64,000 nucleotides of DNA from Octopus sinensis. Lineage: Eukaryota. The notes beneath the pieces were generated by a model. That model saw only the letters and a program-made list of their open reading frames with translations. It was not told where the DNA came from and searched no databases. A program made the translations under genes and the position numbers. Shown in pieces: positions 50,409 through 64,000 of this stretch. The stretch covers positions 189,224,001-189,288,000 of the forward strand of contig NC_042997.1 of assembly GCF_006345805.1 (NCBI RefSeq). Direction: 5' to 3'. Numbering within the stretch: the first letter of the stretch is position 1; every line of letters begins with the position of its first letter.

Positions 50409-52039
50409 GAAATAAGATTAAGATTAATGTAAAAAATAAATAACACTGAAGCAAAGTAACACCAACTATATAGAGCGTGTGTTTTTATTGGCTAAACTGG
50501 CAAAATGACAATTCCTAAATACAACAAAACCCATTACTCTCTTTTACTTGTTTCAGTCATTTGACTGCGGCTATGCTGGAGCACCGCCTTTTGTCGAGCA
50601 AATCGACCCCAGGACTTATTCTTTGGAAGCCTAGTACTTATTCTATTGGTCTGTTTTGCCGAACCGCTAAGTTACGGGGACGTAAACACACCAGCATCGG
50701 TTGTCAAGCGATATAGGGGGATGGGACAAACACAGACACACAAACATATACACATACACACACACATACATATATATATATATACGACGTGCATCTTCCA
50801 GTTTCCGCCTACCAAATCCACTCAAAAGGCTTTGGTCGGCCCGAGGCTATAGTAGAAGACACTTGCCCAAGGTGTCACGCAGTGGGAATGAACTTGGAAC
50901 CATGTGGTTGGTAAGCAAGCTACTTACCACACAGCCACTCCTGCGTCATTAACTTAACTATTAATTTTTGCCAAAGAAGGTATGGGAGATAATCTTCAAA
51001 TTTAACATTTTTACGATTAGTTCAGCTTCTGTTAACGCCACACTTCTCTTTTCTATTTCTCAACAACTCAGTGTTATTTCTTCTGCCAACTTTGCACCAC
51101 TCTTATGAAGAAATATATTTCCTGACAATCCGTTACCGCACAGTTTTGATGAAAAATTCTGCGTGTTGCCGTACAAAAATCTTCACACATATGCACTACA
51201 TTAGATAAAATATATAACAAATACTCAGATGAATAGATATGTGTGGTTGTATAGTTATTATATTAACATTATGAATAAACATATGGTCTTTAATAGTGGT
51301 AATTACTTGCATCTCAATTGGAAGAAGTAAGTTAACAAACTCCTGCTGTTACATGTTTACATAAACCGACATATACACACATCAACACGTTCATAGGCAT
51401 GCACACAGGCAAGCAGGTAAATAACTTCCGTTTCACATAAGATTAAAACAATTAAGTTGAAGATAACTTATCAAGTAGTGTATGTGGGAGCGCAGAATAG
51501 TAATATTATTAATGACTAACTGCCGCGAACGGAGATCGAAAACGCATGTTTAAAGAAACGCCATTGCTATATTCGTCTCAGAACATATAACATATAACCT
51601 CTGTGTTATCAGGTGTATTTGTTGCCTGACTACAGCCACTGTACTTAGTAATACATGTAACCGACAGATGTGCTTGATTACGGCGTCATTAAGTACTGAA
51701 GTGAGTCGATCGTAGGAGCTCAATTATTGACAGGAAATGAGTGAAGGGGGATTCGTTATCGTTTTTAAATCAATTTATGGGTTTCGATATAATTTAACCA
51801 GAGAAAATATAGGAAGTGCTGAGAAACTTTAAGGAAAATTTGCTCTAGAACAATATTTAATAAGCATAGAGAATGCACCTGCAGGAAAGAGAAGAAAGAC
51901 ATATGAATGATGGAAGGAATAAAAGAATAACAGGAAGTAAAAGAGAAGGCGAATAGAGGAATACAGTAATACAGACATACTTTTCATATTTATTTAGATA
52001 ACATTATCAAATAATCAAGTAATTACACCATATCTAAAC

Positions 52040-52725
<686 letters not shown>

Positions 52726-53269
52726 ATTTGTGATACGTATACAATGACTAAGTTGGTTGTAGTTCTCGCAAGGTTAATGATGTACTTTAGACATTGAATT
52801 TGTTGGCATGTAACCAGACGTAACAGTTGTATACGAAATGACAAATTGCACTCATTAATGGTGTATTTTCATCATTCAACTTCCGGTCAACGTTGTTTTT
52901 GAATACCAATCCTTTTCATACAAACACATAGGTACATACATACATACGTGCAGGCATACATACACATACAAATGACACATCATATCATTTAGGCAACACC
53001 TACTTAACAGAAAAGAGAGAAATATGTACATCAGATGCTTACTCAACAGCAAAAATTAATAACATCATAACATCATGAGATTAAGCTAATAACTATTGAT
53101 AGGTACTCCGACTGCACAGCTGCTCCGTGTGAATGAAGAATAACTGGACGGATTTATTTTAGATAGGATCTTGAATGAGCATTTCTCATTATAGCGGCAG
53201 ACAGTTATGATTGTGTACATATCTGGCAATCTCGAAAATACCATCAACATTGTCAGAAATAGTAGCCTC

Positions 53270-53955
53270 TCCTGGAAGCCCCTCCTGGATATGTCATATA
53301 TACGCCATATTTCACTGTGGTTACGTCTTTGCTGTCGAGAAACAGGACATAGTTGATCACCAAGAGAGATAAAGATGCCCTTAAGCCTACACGTTGTGAT
53401 AGAAAATATCAGTTGGGTCATACCAGTGTGGAAGATATCACCGATATCATTTGATCAAAATGTCCTCAAGATACTCAGTTCCCACGAGATACAATATTTT
53501 CACTAAAACCATCTACAAAGCTTTGGTACAGATGGCCATACAAGATGTACATCAGAACCGGAATGTATCCACACCAACTGAAACAAGGAATACTGTTGGA
53601 TCATTCCAATAAAAATGTCAATCATATGTAAACAGAATAGGCCAGATATTATTTCATAGGACCATAAGCAAAAATCATGAATTGTTGAAGAGAGCAGCTC
53701 GCCGGCGATGTGGATATTTTCAAAGTTTAAGGAAAAGAACGTCTATGAAGAGTTAGGGTGAAATCTACAGTTCTTATATTAAGGCTATAGATTTATATTT
53801 GTACCTCTTATCATAGGTGCATTGGGCTACGCAACAAATGCTCTGCATAAATTCCTCGAAATGCTGGTGTTCTCTAAGGAAGAAGAAACTGATTTGCATT
53901 CTCCAAATATAATCGATTAGTTGTACCTTGAAAATTTGCAAAACATCAGGGATTG
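53270..53955 (+). mobile_element. Decayed Dong/R4 copy of the CATA-associated lineage
   Basis: SVEDITDII...TKTIYKA...KEYCWIIPIKMSIICKQNRPDII...FIFVPLIIGALGY...TLKICKT, with many frameshifts. CATA remnants lie upstream at 52931-52970. Confidence 0.8.
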
Positions 53956-53999
53956 AGTATGTACGAAATACGTACACACACGCAAATACACACACACAA

Positions 54000-54031
<32 letters not shown>

Positions 54032-54154
54032 CACACACACACACACCACACACACCACACACACCACACAGAACAGTGTTCTCATTCACTGCCTTAAATG
54101 TCTCTGGAAATTTGCCTGAATATACGTGCTCTCTCTCTTGATATATATATATAT

Positions 54155-54460
54155 CCCGGTGATCACCATGACCGACCAGGCCATCAGATGTTGTTACACA
54201 TCGCTGGTCACAATGCGCTTCGCATTGTTTTAGCCTTCAAATGATGCCACCCGCTGGCTAAGCGAGCAGGCCAACAAAAAAAAGAGTGAGAGAAAGTTGT
54301 GGCGAAAGAGTACAGCAGGGATCGCCACCACACGCTACCGGAGTCTCGTGGAGCTTTAGGTGTTTTCGCTCAATAAACACTCACAACGCCCGGTCTGGGA
54401 ATCGAAACCGCGATCCTACGACCGCGAGTCCGCTGCCCTAACCACTAGGCCATTGCGCCT

Positions 54461-54464
<4 letters not shown>
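54155..54464 (-). mobile_element. SINE-B type 3 (same head and middle, third tail)
   Basis: Head and aaagagtgagagaaagttgtggcgaaagagt are shared; 54155-54275 is unrelated to the other tails. Confidence 0.85.
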
Positions 54465-54501
<37 letters not shown>

Positions 54502-54616
54502 ACACACACATATATATATATATATTTCTTTGACTAAAAACCTTTTTAAACGGTGCTCCAGCATGGCTGCGGTCCTATGACTGAAACAAGTTAAAGAATA
54601 AAAGAGTGTATACATA

Positions 54617-54715
<99 letters not shown>

Positions 54716-55539
54716 CTATATCAATTAATCTATCTGTCTGTCTGATTGTCTGCCTGTCTGTCTCTTCATTTTAATATATGGTAAATCCGAGAATTTTATG
54801 GCGGTGATAGGAAACTGAATTAGAATCAATAGATAACCGCTACTACATGTATTGAACACTTTTTCTTCTAGTCTGTAAGTCCAGACGCACACCCACACCT
54901 ACACGCATTCACATATATATTACACATGTACTCACTCACACACACGTGATTACAAATTGGATGGAATTCGTTGATGTGGCAACTAACGTCCTGACGATCG
55001 GCTTTTACCAGACGTTTGTGGCTTAAAGTTTATGATGTGATAGTACGCAAATAGTTTGGAGAGCCGACTAGGTGATGGATTATCTGTGGCATCATGATTA
55101 TTTCCTTCAGTTGCATGCTTTGTATAATACTTGATGATTTGCGAGGAGGAAAAATCTAGTTTTAATCATCCGTTGGGGGAATTATGTATTAGGATAACGA
55201 CGGAGTAGTTAGGAAATATATCGATTAGCTATCGGGATAGTTTTTCAAATAAGCTTCCCAATGAAACAGTTATTAGGATTTTGTTTAATGTTTATTTATT
55301 AAGACGTTTCTGAATATTATCAAGCATTGCTGTTTATATAAGGATTGTGTTGTACTAACTATAGTCTCTTGCGTGATCAATACGTGGTTTGTATCGTGTA
55401 TACAAATCTATGACTAATTCCTAAGATGTATTATACAAATTTCTTACAAATACATTTTGTCTCGTCATTCATCATCTCTTGTCATTTCATTTGTCTGCTT
55501 TTGACAGGAAGTTACTGCAACCGTTGTTGCTGTTGCTTC

Positions 55540-55934
55540 TGTTGCTGTTGAGCGAAGCGGTCTTCGTCCCAGAGCTCGCAAGATCGCGCCTCTGTAGTGG
55601 GAGAAGTCCGAAACGTGGTCCTTTGCTATTCGTAAGATCCGCAGAAGAGAAAGCAGGTCAACCCCCGACACCGAGAGCATCGACGGATGATGGATGAATG
55701 CGCATCTAGGCTCAGCGGTTGCAGAGGAAGTTGGGGACAAGAAACAGGAAGAAAGAGTGAGAGAAAGTTGGGGCGAAAGAGTACAACAGGGGTCGCCCCC
55801 CCCACTGCCGGAACCTCGTGGAGCTTTAGGTGTTTTCGCTCAATAAACACACACAACGCCTGTCCTGGGAATCGAAACCGCGATCCTTCGACCGCAAGTC
55901 CGCAGCCCTAACCATTGGGCCATTGCGCCTCCAC
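55540..55934 (-). mobile_element. SINE-B type 4 (same head and middle, fourth tail) with TSD
   Basis: cc[g/a]ttgttgctgttg at 55521-55535 and 55934-55948. Confidence 0.85.
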
Positions 55935-56459
55935 CATTGTTGCTGTTGTTCAATCCATGGTCAATCTAATCAAGCAAACATATAGTGAAAGGTATTCCAG
56001 TTTTTAACCGTCTCATCTTTTTCCAGAGAGAGTGAATGTAACCAGGATTACATTGTTCAATGTACTCTTCCATTTTTTTTTTATAAAAATGGAAAAAAAA
56101 AAGAAGGCAGTAGAATTTGACTTTAGGGAGGTTTGACGATTACTTATCGCAGGTCTAGCGACCTTGTAGTGCAATCTCCTTATTGGCATGATTGCTATGA
56201 CGTGTTTTGGTAACGAATGTGGTGGCGGTGGTGGCGGTGGTGGTAGTGGTCGTGGGGTTGTAGATCTCAATTCTCTTTGGACATATTTTGGAGAAGACAA
56301 TCTAAAAGTTGATAGTTGACATTTTATTTGGTACCTGCAAACCGACCAAAGTTTTTTTCCCCCAAGGTCTGGGGTTTCCCGCCCCTAAGCCCTAGACCAT
56401 CACCTAATCACCCTTACCCGCCTTGTTGCTTAACCACCACCACCACCACCACCACCACC

Positions 56460-56509
<50 letters not shown>

Positions 56510-57919
56510 CACTGGTAAAATATTTTTGGAGCTCCTTCAAGCCGATTGCAAGGATGTGAAAGTTGAGGTGAAGGCGATCTGATGGGATTTGAATCGAGGA
56601 CGGAAAGGAGTTTAAATAAACATCGCAATGCATTTTGGGTCCGGCAATTTACCGAAAGCAACTTTGGACAAGTATTTCTTTATCTATTTTCTTCTGTATT
56701 TCTCCCTACTATTTCACTTTCTTTAATTTCCTCTCACATCTGAGAAAAAAAGGAAAGTATTCTTGTATGCAACCATTTTGTTTTTACTTGTTTCAATCAT
56801 TGGATTGTGGTCATACTAGGGCACTGCCTTGAAGGGTTTAGTCGAACAAATAGATCCAAGAACTTATTTTTAAAGCTTGATATTCATTCTATCGGTCCCT
56901 TTTGCCGAAATTACACGGACATAAACAAACCAACCCCAGTTGTCAAGCGGCGGTAAGAGACAAACACAACACAAACAAACAGACAGACAGAAAGCTAGAC
57001 AGGCAGAAAGACAGACAGACAGACAGACAGACACACACACACACAACTGGCTTCTTCAGTTTCCATCTACCAAATCCATTCACGAAGTCTTAGTAGGTCC
57101 GGGGCAATAGTAGAAGATACTTGCTCAATGTGCCGCACTGTGGGACTGAACCCAAGACCATATGGTTCGGAAGCAAGCTTCTTAACCACACAATCACACC
57201 TGCACCAAACTATTTATTGCATAACGATTGCAAGGCTACTTTTTTGCATCAACATTGAAGAAAACAAATCTAACAAAAACACTACCAAATAATGAGAAAA
57301 AAGTTTTCATCTAAAACCAGATTTCCCTCAGGAATTAAAAAAAGTTTCCTTTATTCTGATCTTCCTCGCTCTGGGAGACATTTTCCCCTGGTCTAGAATT
57401 GCAGCTTTGGACAAAATGATTCTTGCATGCTAATCTTCTCTTGGAATATAGAATATCCTATTTGTCGACATGCTCTATCAGGTATATATATATATATATA
57501 TATCACGAAGGTGATACGTCTCAGTGTTAAGGTTGATCTGTTAAGTTGCGATATCAGAAATGCGTCTCAAATGACTTACGCTTGTGTTTAGTCATAAATT
57601 AATAATCATATGTTGATGGAAGTGGGTAGTCTGTGTGGTCGCTTGACCTACTAGAAACAACAGCTAAATTTTCTTAAAATCATTGTTTTAGGAAAACAAT
57701 ACAAAAAAGGAGTTCATATTTGGCAATCTGGCCCTGTGTATAATGTATCTGGATAATATTTGGAAACAGTTACGGATGGAATTTGGTAAGTGGTGATAGG
57801 GCTAAAGAAGTGGAAGGAGGAGGAGGAGGAGGGGAAGAAGAAGAAGAAGAAGAAGAAGAACAACAACAACAACAACCACAACAACACAAACAACAATCTT
57901 CACAAACATGTTAATAGAA

Positions 57920-58308
57920 GAAGGCGGCGAGCTGGCAGAAACATTAGCACGCCGGGCGAAATGCTTAGCGGTATTGCGTTCTGAGTTCAAATTCCGCCGA
58001 GGTCGACTTTGCCTTTCATCCTTTCGGGGTCGATTAAATAAGTACCAGTTACGCACTGGGGTCGATATAATCGACTTAATCCGTGTGTCTGTCCTTGTTT
58101 GTCATCTCTGTGTTTAGCCCCTTGTGGGTAGTAAAGAAATAGGTATTTCGTCCGTCCTTACGTTCTGAATTGAAGTTCCGCCGAGGTGGGCTTTGCCTTT
58201 TTATTCTTTTTGGGGTAGATGAAATAAGTACCAATCGAGGATTGGAGTCAGTGTAACCGACTTACCCCCTCCCCCGGAATTACTGGCTTTGTGCCACAAT
58301 TTGAAATC
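57920..58308 (+). mobile_element. SINE-A dimer (tail2 then tail1)
   Basis: Junction gtaaagaaata|ggtatttcgtc at about 58141. The second unit is more diverged. Confidence 0.9.
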
Positions 58309-58434
58309 AGTAAGTAAGAAATTACAAGCACTAATATGGCACTTTACACCAGTGCAACTTTCATATCGTATTTTTGCAAGTGAGAGCACAAACGTTCTGT
58401 CGTGTGATAGGCACCGCAGGCGTCGTACTGGCAG

Positions 58435-58477
<43 letters not shown>

Positions 58478-59099
58478 AAGTTAGAGAGGGAGGGAGAGAA
58501 AGAGTGGCTTAATACATCTAACATGAATTGACAAAGCTGTATACACCGAACACGCTTAAGTCACACCGAGATGAGGTTACTATTACATTGTATAAGTCCG
58601 AAACGTTATTACGACACCATTTTTTTTTTGCCATGAAATGCGTAAGAGAAAAAGGCTTTCAACACTTCCCACACCTTTATCATTAAGGTAAAAGGGATAA
58701 AAATATAAGTAAAACACAAAACAATAACAGAAACAGCAACAAAGAAATAAAACTAATGGGAAACAAATGCGTGCTGCTCAAGGTACTCAGACACGCACAA
58801 AGACCAGCCCAGCCGTTATGTTGACTATGTAACAGTGATAAGGATTAAGTCGAAAAAAAGTGGCGTGTGTACGTGTATGTGGAGAGTAGGGTCGAGATGT
58901 GATGTGGGTGGTTGTGGTGTTGGTGTGGTGTTGGTGTATGTGGGTGATGGTGGTGGTGGTAGTGTGGTGGTTGCGGGGTGGTGTGGAGGAGGTGTAGGCG
59001 TTTCGTTTCGCTGTCTATTTCTCTTGTTCCTTTGGCTGTCCGCCTGTCGACCTGTTTTGTCGTTGTCGATGGCTGCTGATCCTGTTCATTGCTTGCCGA

Positions 59100-59160
59100 T
59101 GCGTTAATGAGCCAGTCATCTGGTGTGCTCAGCCGATATTTATAGGACAACCATTGTCAA
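59100..59160 (-). promoter_or_regulatory. Candidate TATA-containing core promoter facing left
   Basis: Minus strand: acaatgg (Sox-like), cctataaatatcgg (59137-59144), E-box cagatg and Inr-like tcatt at about 59108, within CpG-enriched, transposon-free sequence. Confidence 0.25.
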
Positions 59161-59634
59161 AAATAACAAAAACAAAAGCAAAAAAAAAAAAATAAAAAAT
59201 AAAAAAAACAATACTAAGCGAAATAAAAAAAAGATGTAAAAAAAAAAATGACGCATAGCATTGCAAAGGTGCGTGTTGAGGTCGACAAGGGCAAGCTTGA
59301 AAAACTAAAATAGAAATTTTGCAGCCGTCAGATTGTCTCGCCACAAAAAGGTAAAAAAAAAAACAAAAAAACCTTAACTCACTATAAACGTGAATATGAT
59401 GAAAATCGACTAAATACAATTCAGAGATTGTGGTAGGTGTATGTAATTTAAAGGAAAGTGGTGGATAAAGAATGAGAAGCAGAACTGATATTCAAGACAC
59501 AACAGAAGACTGGCTAGTTGGCTGCTGACAACCCGATTCACTTGCATGAATAATTTCAGTTAATCGAGCTTTTTTTTTTTAATTCATTATATTACATGTG
59601 TGAGACCATACCGTATTTCTATATAGCATGTAGA

Positions 59635-59875
59635 TAAGGCGGCGAGCTGGCAGAAACGTTAGCACGCCGGGCGAAATGCTTGGCGGTATTCCGTCTGCCG
59701 TTATGTTCTGAGTTCAAATTCCGCCGAGGTAGACTTTGCCTTTCATCCTTTCGGGGTCGATTAAATAAGTACCAGTTACGCACTGGGGTCGATGTAATCG
59801 ACTTAATCCGTTTGTCTGTCCTTGTTTGTCCTCTCTGTGTTTAGCTTAACCCCTTGTGGGTAGTAAAGAAATAGG
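59635..59875 (+). mobile_element. SINE-A monomer with 45-bp target duplication
   Basis: 59590-59634 versus 59876-59920, 3 mismatches. Confidence 0.9.
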
Positions 59876-60044
59876 TATTACATTTCTGAGACCATACCGT
59901 ATTTATATATAGCATGTAGAACGTTTCCCAGGGAATGCATTTTTTCCTTCAATCACATAAGTGATACTTTAATAAGCGTCCTTACATTCACCACACACAC
60001 GCACACACGCACACACACACATACATGTACACGCGCAGACACAT

Positions 60045-60530
60045 TTGGTGAACGTCGACTCGTGGCCGAGTAAAATCACTTCCTATAAACCGATTTCACC
60101 CTGTGAGGCATCTCACGTTTGGTCTCCCCCATCGATAATGATGTCACATATGGCTCCTAAGGCCTGTAAGCGACTTACAATTCATTTCTCGCTGACTACA
60201 AGTCAGCATTCCAACTGCAATCCCACACTCTGGCTGATGGAACCTTCAGTTGCCGAGTAAGTCCACTGGCCAACTCATACACTTTGCTACACAAGGTGCA
60301 CGAGAGGTCATGCTTGATATCACATTGGTAGACAGAGGCGTCTACGTGGCCGCCCTTGTGGCTGCCTTTGTGAAGCAGGCACGACCACACTGGTCACACG
60401 AAAAAAAAGTCTTTCGTGGCCTACACAGGAAGAAGGTTCACATACTCCATATATTTACCAGTATGTTTCAACTCAATGTATGCAACCATCCTTGTTGTAC
60501 TCGAAGTTAATCAGATTCCTCCACAGCTCC
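60045..60530 (-). mobile_element. Decayed 3' end of an RTE/BovB-like LINE with three C2H2-like zinc-finger remnants
   Basis: Across frames: CDQCGRACFTKA..SHK, CTLCSKVYELASGLTRQLK and CKSLTGLRSHM*HH. A short 3' UTR runs into (TG)n. Confidence 0.6.
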
Positions 60531-60881
60531 CTATCCCATGCAAGATCTACCCAGGACTTATTCTTTGTAAGCCTAGTACTTATTCTATCTGTCTCTTTTG
60601 CCAATACGCTAAGGTACGGGGACGTAAGCACACCAGCATCGGTTGTCAAGGGATGTTAGGGGAACAAACAAAGACACAGGAACATATACACACACATACA
60701 TATATACACATATATACGACGGGCTTCTTTCAGCTTCCGTCTACCAAATCCACTCACAAGGATTTGGTCGGCCCGAGGTTATAATAGAAGACACTTGCCA
60801 AAGGTACCACGCAGTGGGACTGAACCCGGAACCACGTGGCTGGTAAGCAAGCTACTTGCCACACAGCCACTCTTGCGCCTA

Positions 60882-63205
<2,324 letters not shown>

Positions 63206-63558
63206 GTATTGTCACTGTGGCTAGAATGATAATTATAGAGGAAGTTAGTAGATGGGCAGACAACAAGGTGAATTAGATGGGTTAAGGAGATAAACAGATT
63301 AAACAATTTGGATAAATGATATCTTCAAAGATATGCAGACAAGGAGACAGGCGTATTCTCGCAAGATGCAGACAGGGAGGTGAGGGTAAGGTAGGAAGAT
63401 GAATAGGTAAACAGTGAAGCTGGTTTTCAGGAGTAAGATATGTAACAAATAGGTAGAGTACTAAATGGATAAATAAGTGGAAGGATGCATAAATAAGATA
63501 GACAGAATGGTAGATAGATAGGCTGGTGTATGCGTAGATCAATAGTGATATAGAACGA

Positions 63559-63777
63559 CTAGCAAAACGCTCCCCCCCACGTCCAATGGACGGTGCTGAG
63601 TTGTCGAACATTTAAACCAAATTTTCTCAAAACAACTTGTCCGACTCTCCGACTGTCCGACTTATACACGCCCTGATACCGTCGGTATCTACATATCAAA
63701 TTTGAGCGCAATCGGATGGAGGATGCCCGAGATCCTAGAAGACACACCCACACAGACAGACAAAACGGATTTTATAT
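63559..63777 (-). mobile_element. Helitron family 2, internally deleted copy
   Basis: Homologous to both ends of 46810-47147. Sense end ...ccgtccattggacg...ttttgctag|t. Confidence 0.75.
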
Positions 63778-64000
63778 TTGAGAAACACTGGATCGTTTCG
63801 ATTAGAACGGCAGTTTTAAAAAAAATAATTTTCACGTAACTAAACACTTTTAAACTTCGTATACTGGTAAAATGTGTTTATTGTCCATTTTTCTCTTGGC
63901 TTTATTGAGAAAATTCTATCGTTTGTAAGATATTTGTTGCTTTTTTTCTTCAATTTCTGCAATTTCAACCAATCAATGACGTCTATTGAGTTGAAAACAT

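Noticed and set aside
56370-56420. Degenerate CCCTAA-like run
   Set aside because: Too few and too degenerate to call interstitial telomeric repeat.

Overview
AT-rich, microsatellite-saturated metazoan non-coding DNA. The repeat inventory (tRNA-derived SINEs, RTE, CR1 and Dong/R4 LINE relics, Helitron and Tc1/mariner MITEs, long (TA)n, (CA)n, (TATG)n and (TCTA)n tracts) looks like an octopus/cephalopod genome; this is inference, not a database result. No host protein-coding exon could be supported: nearly all ORF-track entries are microsatellite or SINE translations, and the only recognisable protein remnants are degenerate retrotransposon C-termini. The four most interesting signals are: (1) several families of short, non-coding, Penelope-style elements with fold-back arms, a shared ~50-nt terminus and minimal type I hammerhead ribozyme motifs with non-canonical cores, including a repeated compensatory U3-A8 variant; (2) a head-to-tail pile-up of divergent Dong/R4-like 3' ends, each bounded by (CATA)n, suggesting a tetranucleotide-microsatellite-targeted lineage; (3) a SINE family that forms multimers at fixed microhomology junctions, re-uses targets and makes TSDs up to 45 bp; (4) modular head/body/tail shuffling among SINEs, with candidate partner-LINE 3' ends in the same window. 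Coordinates were read by eye and may be off by a few bases.
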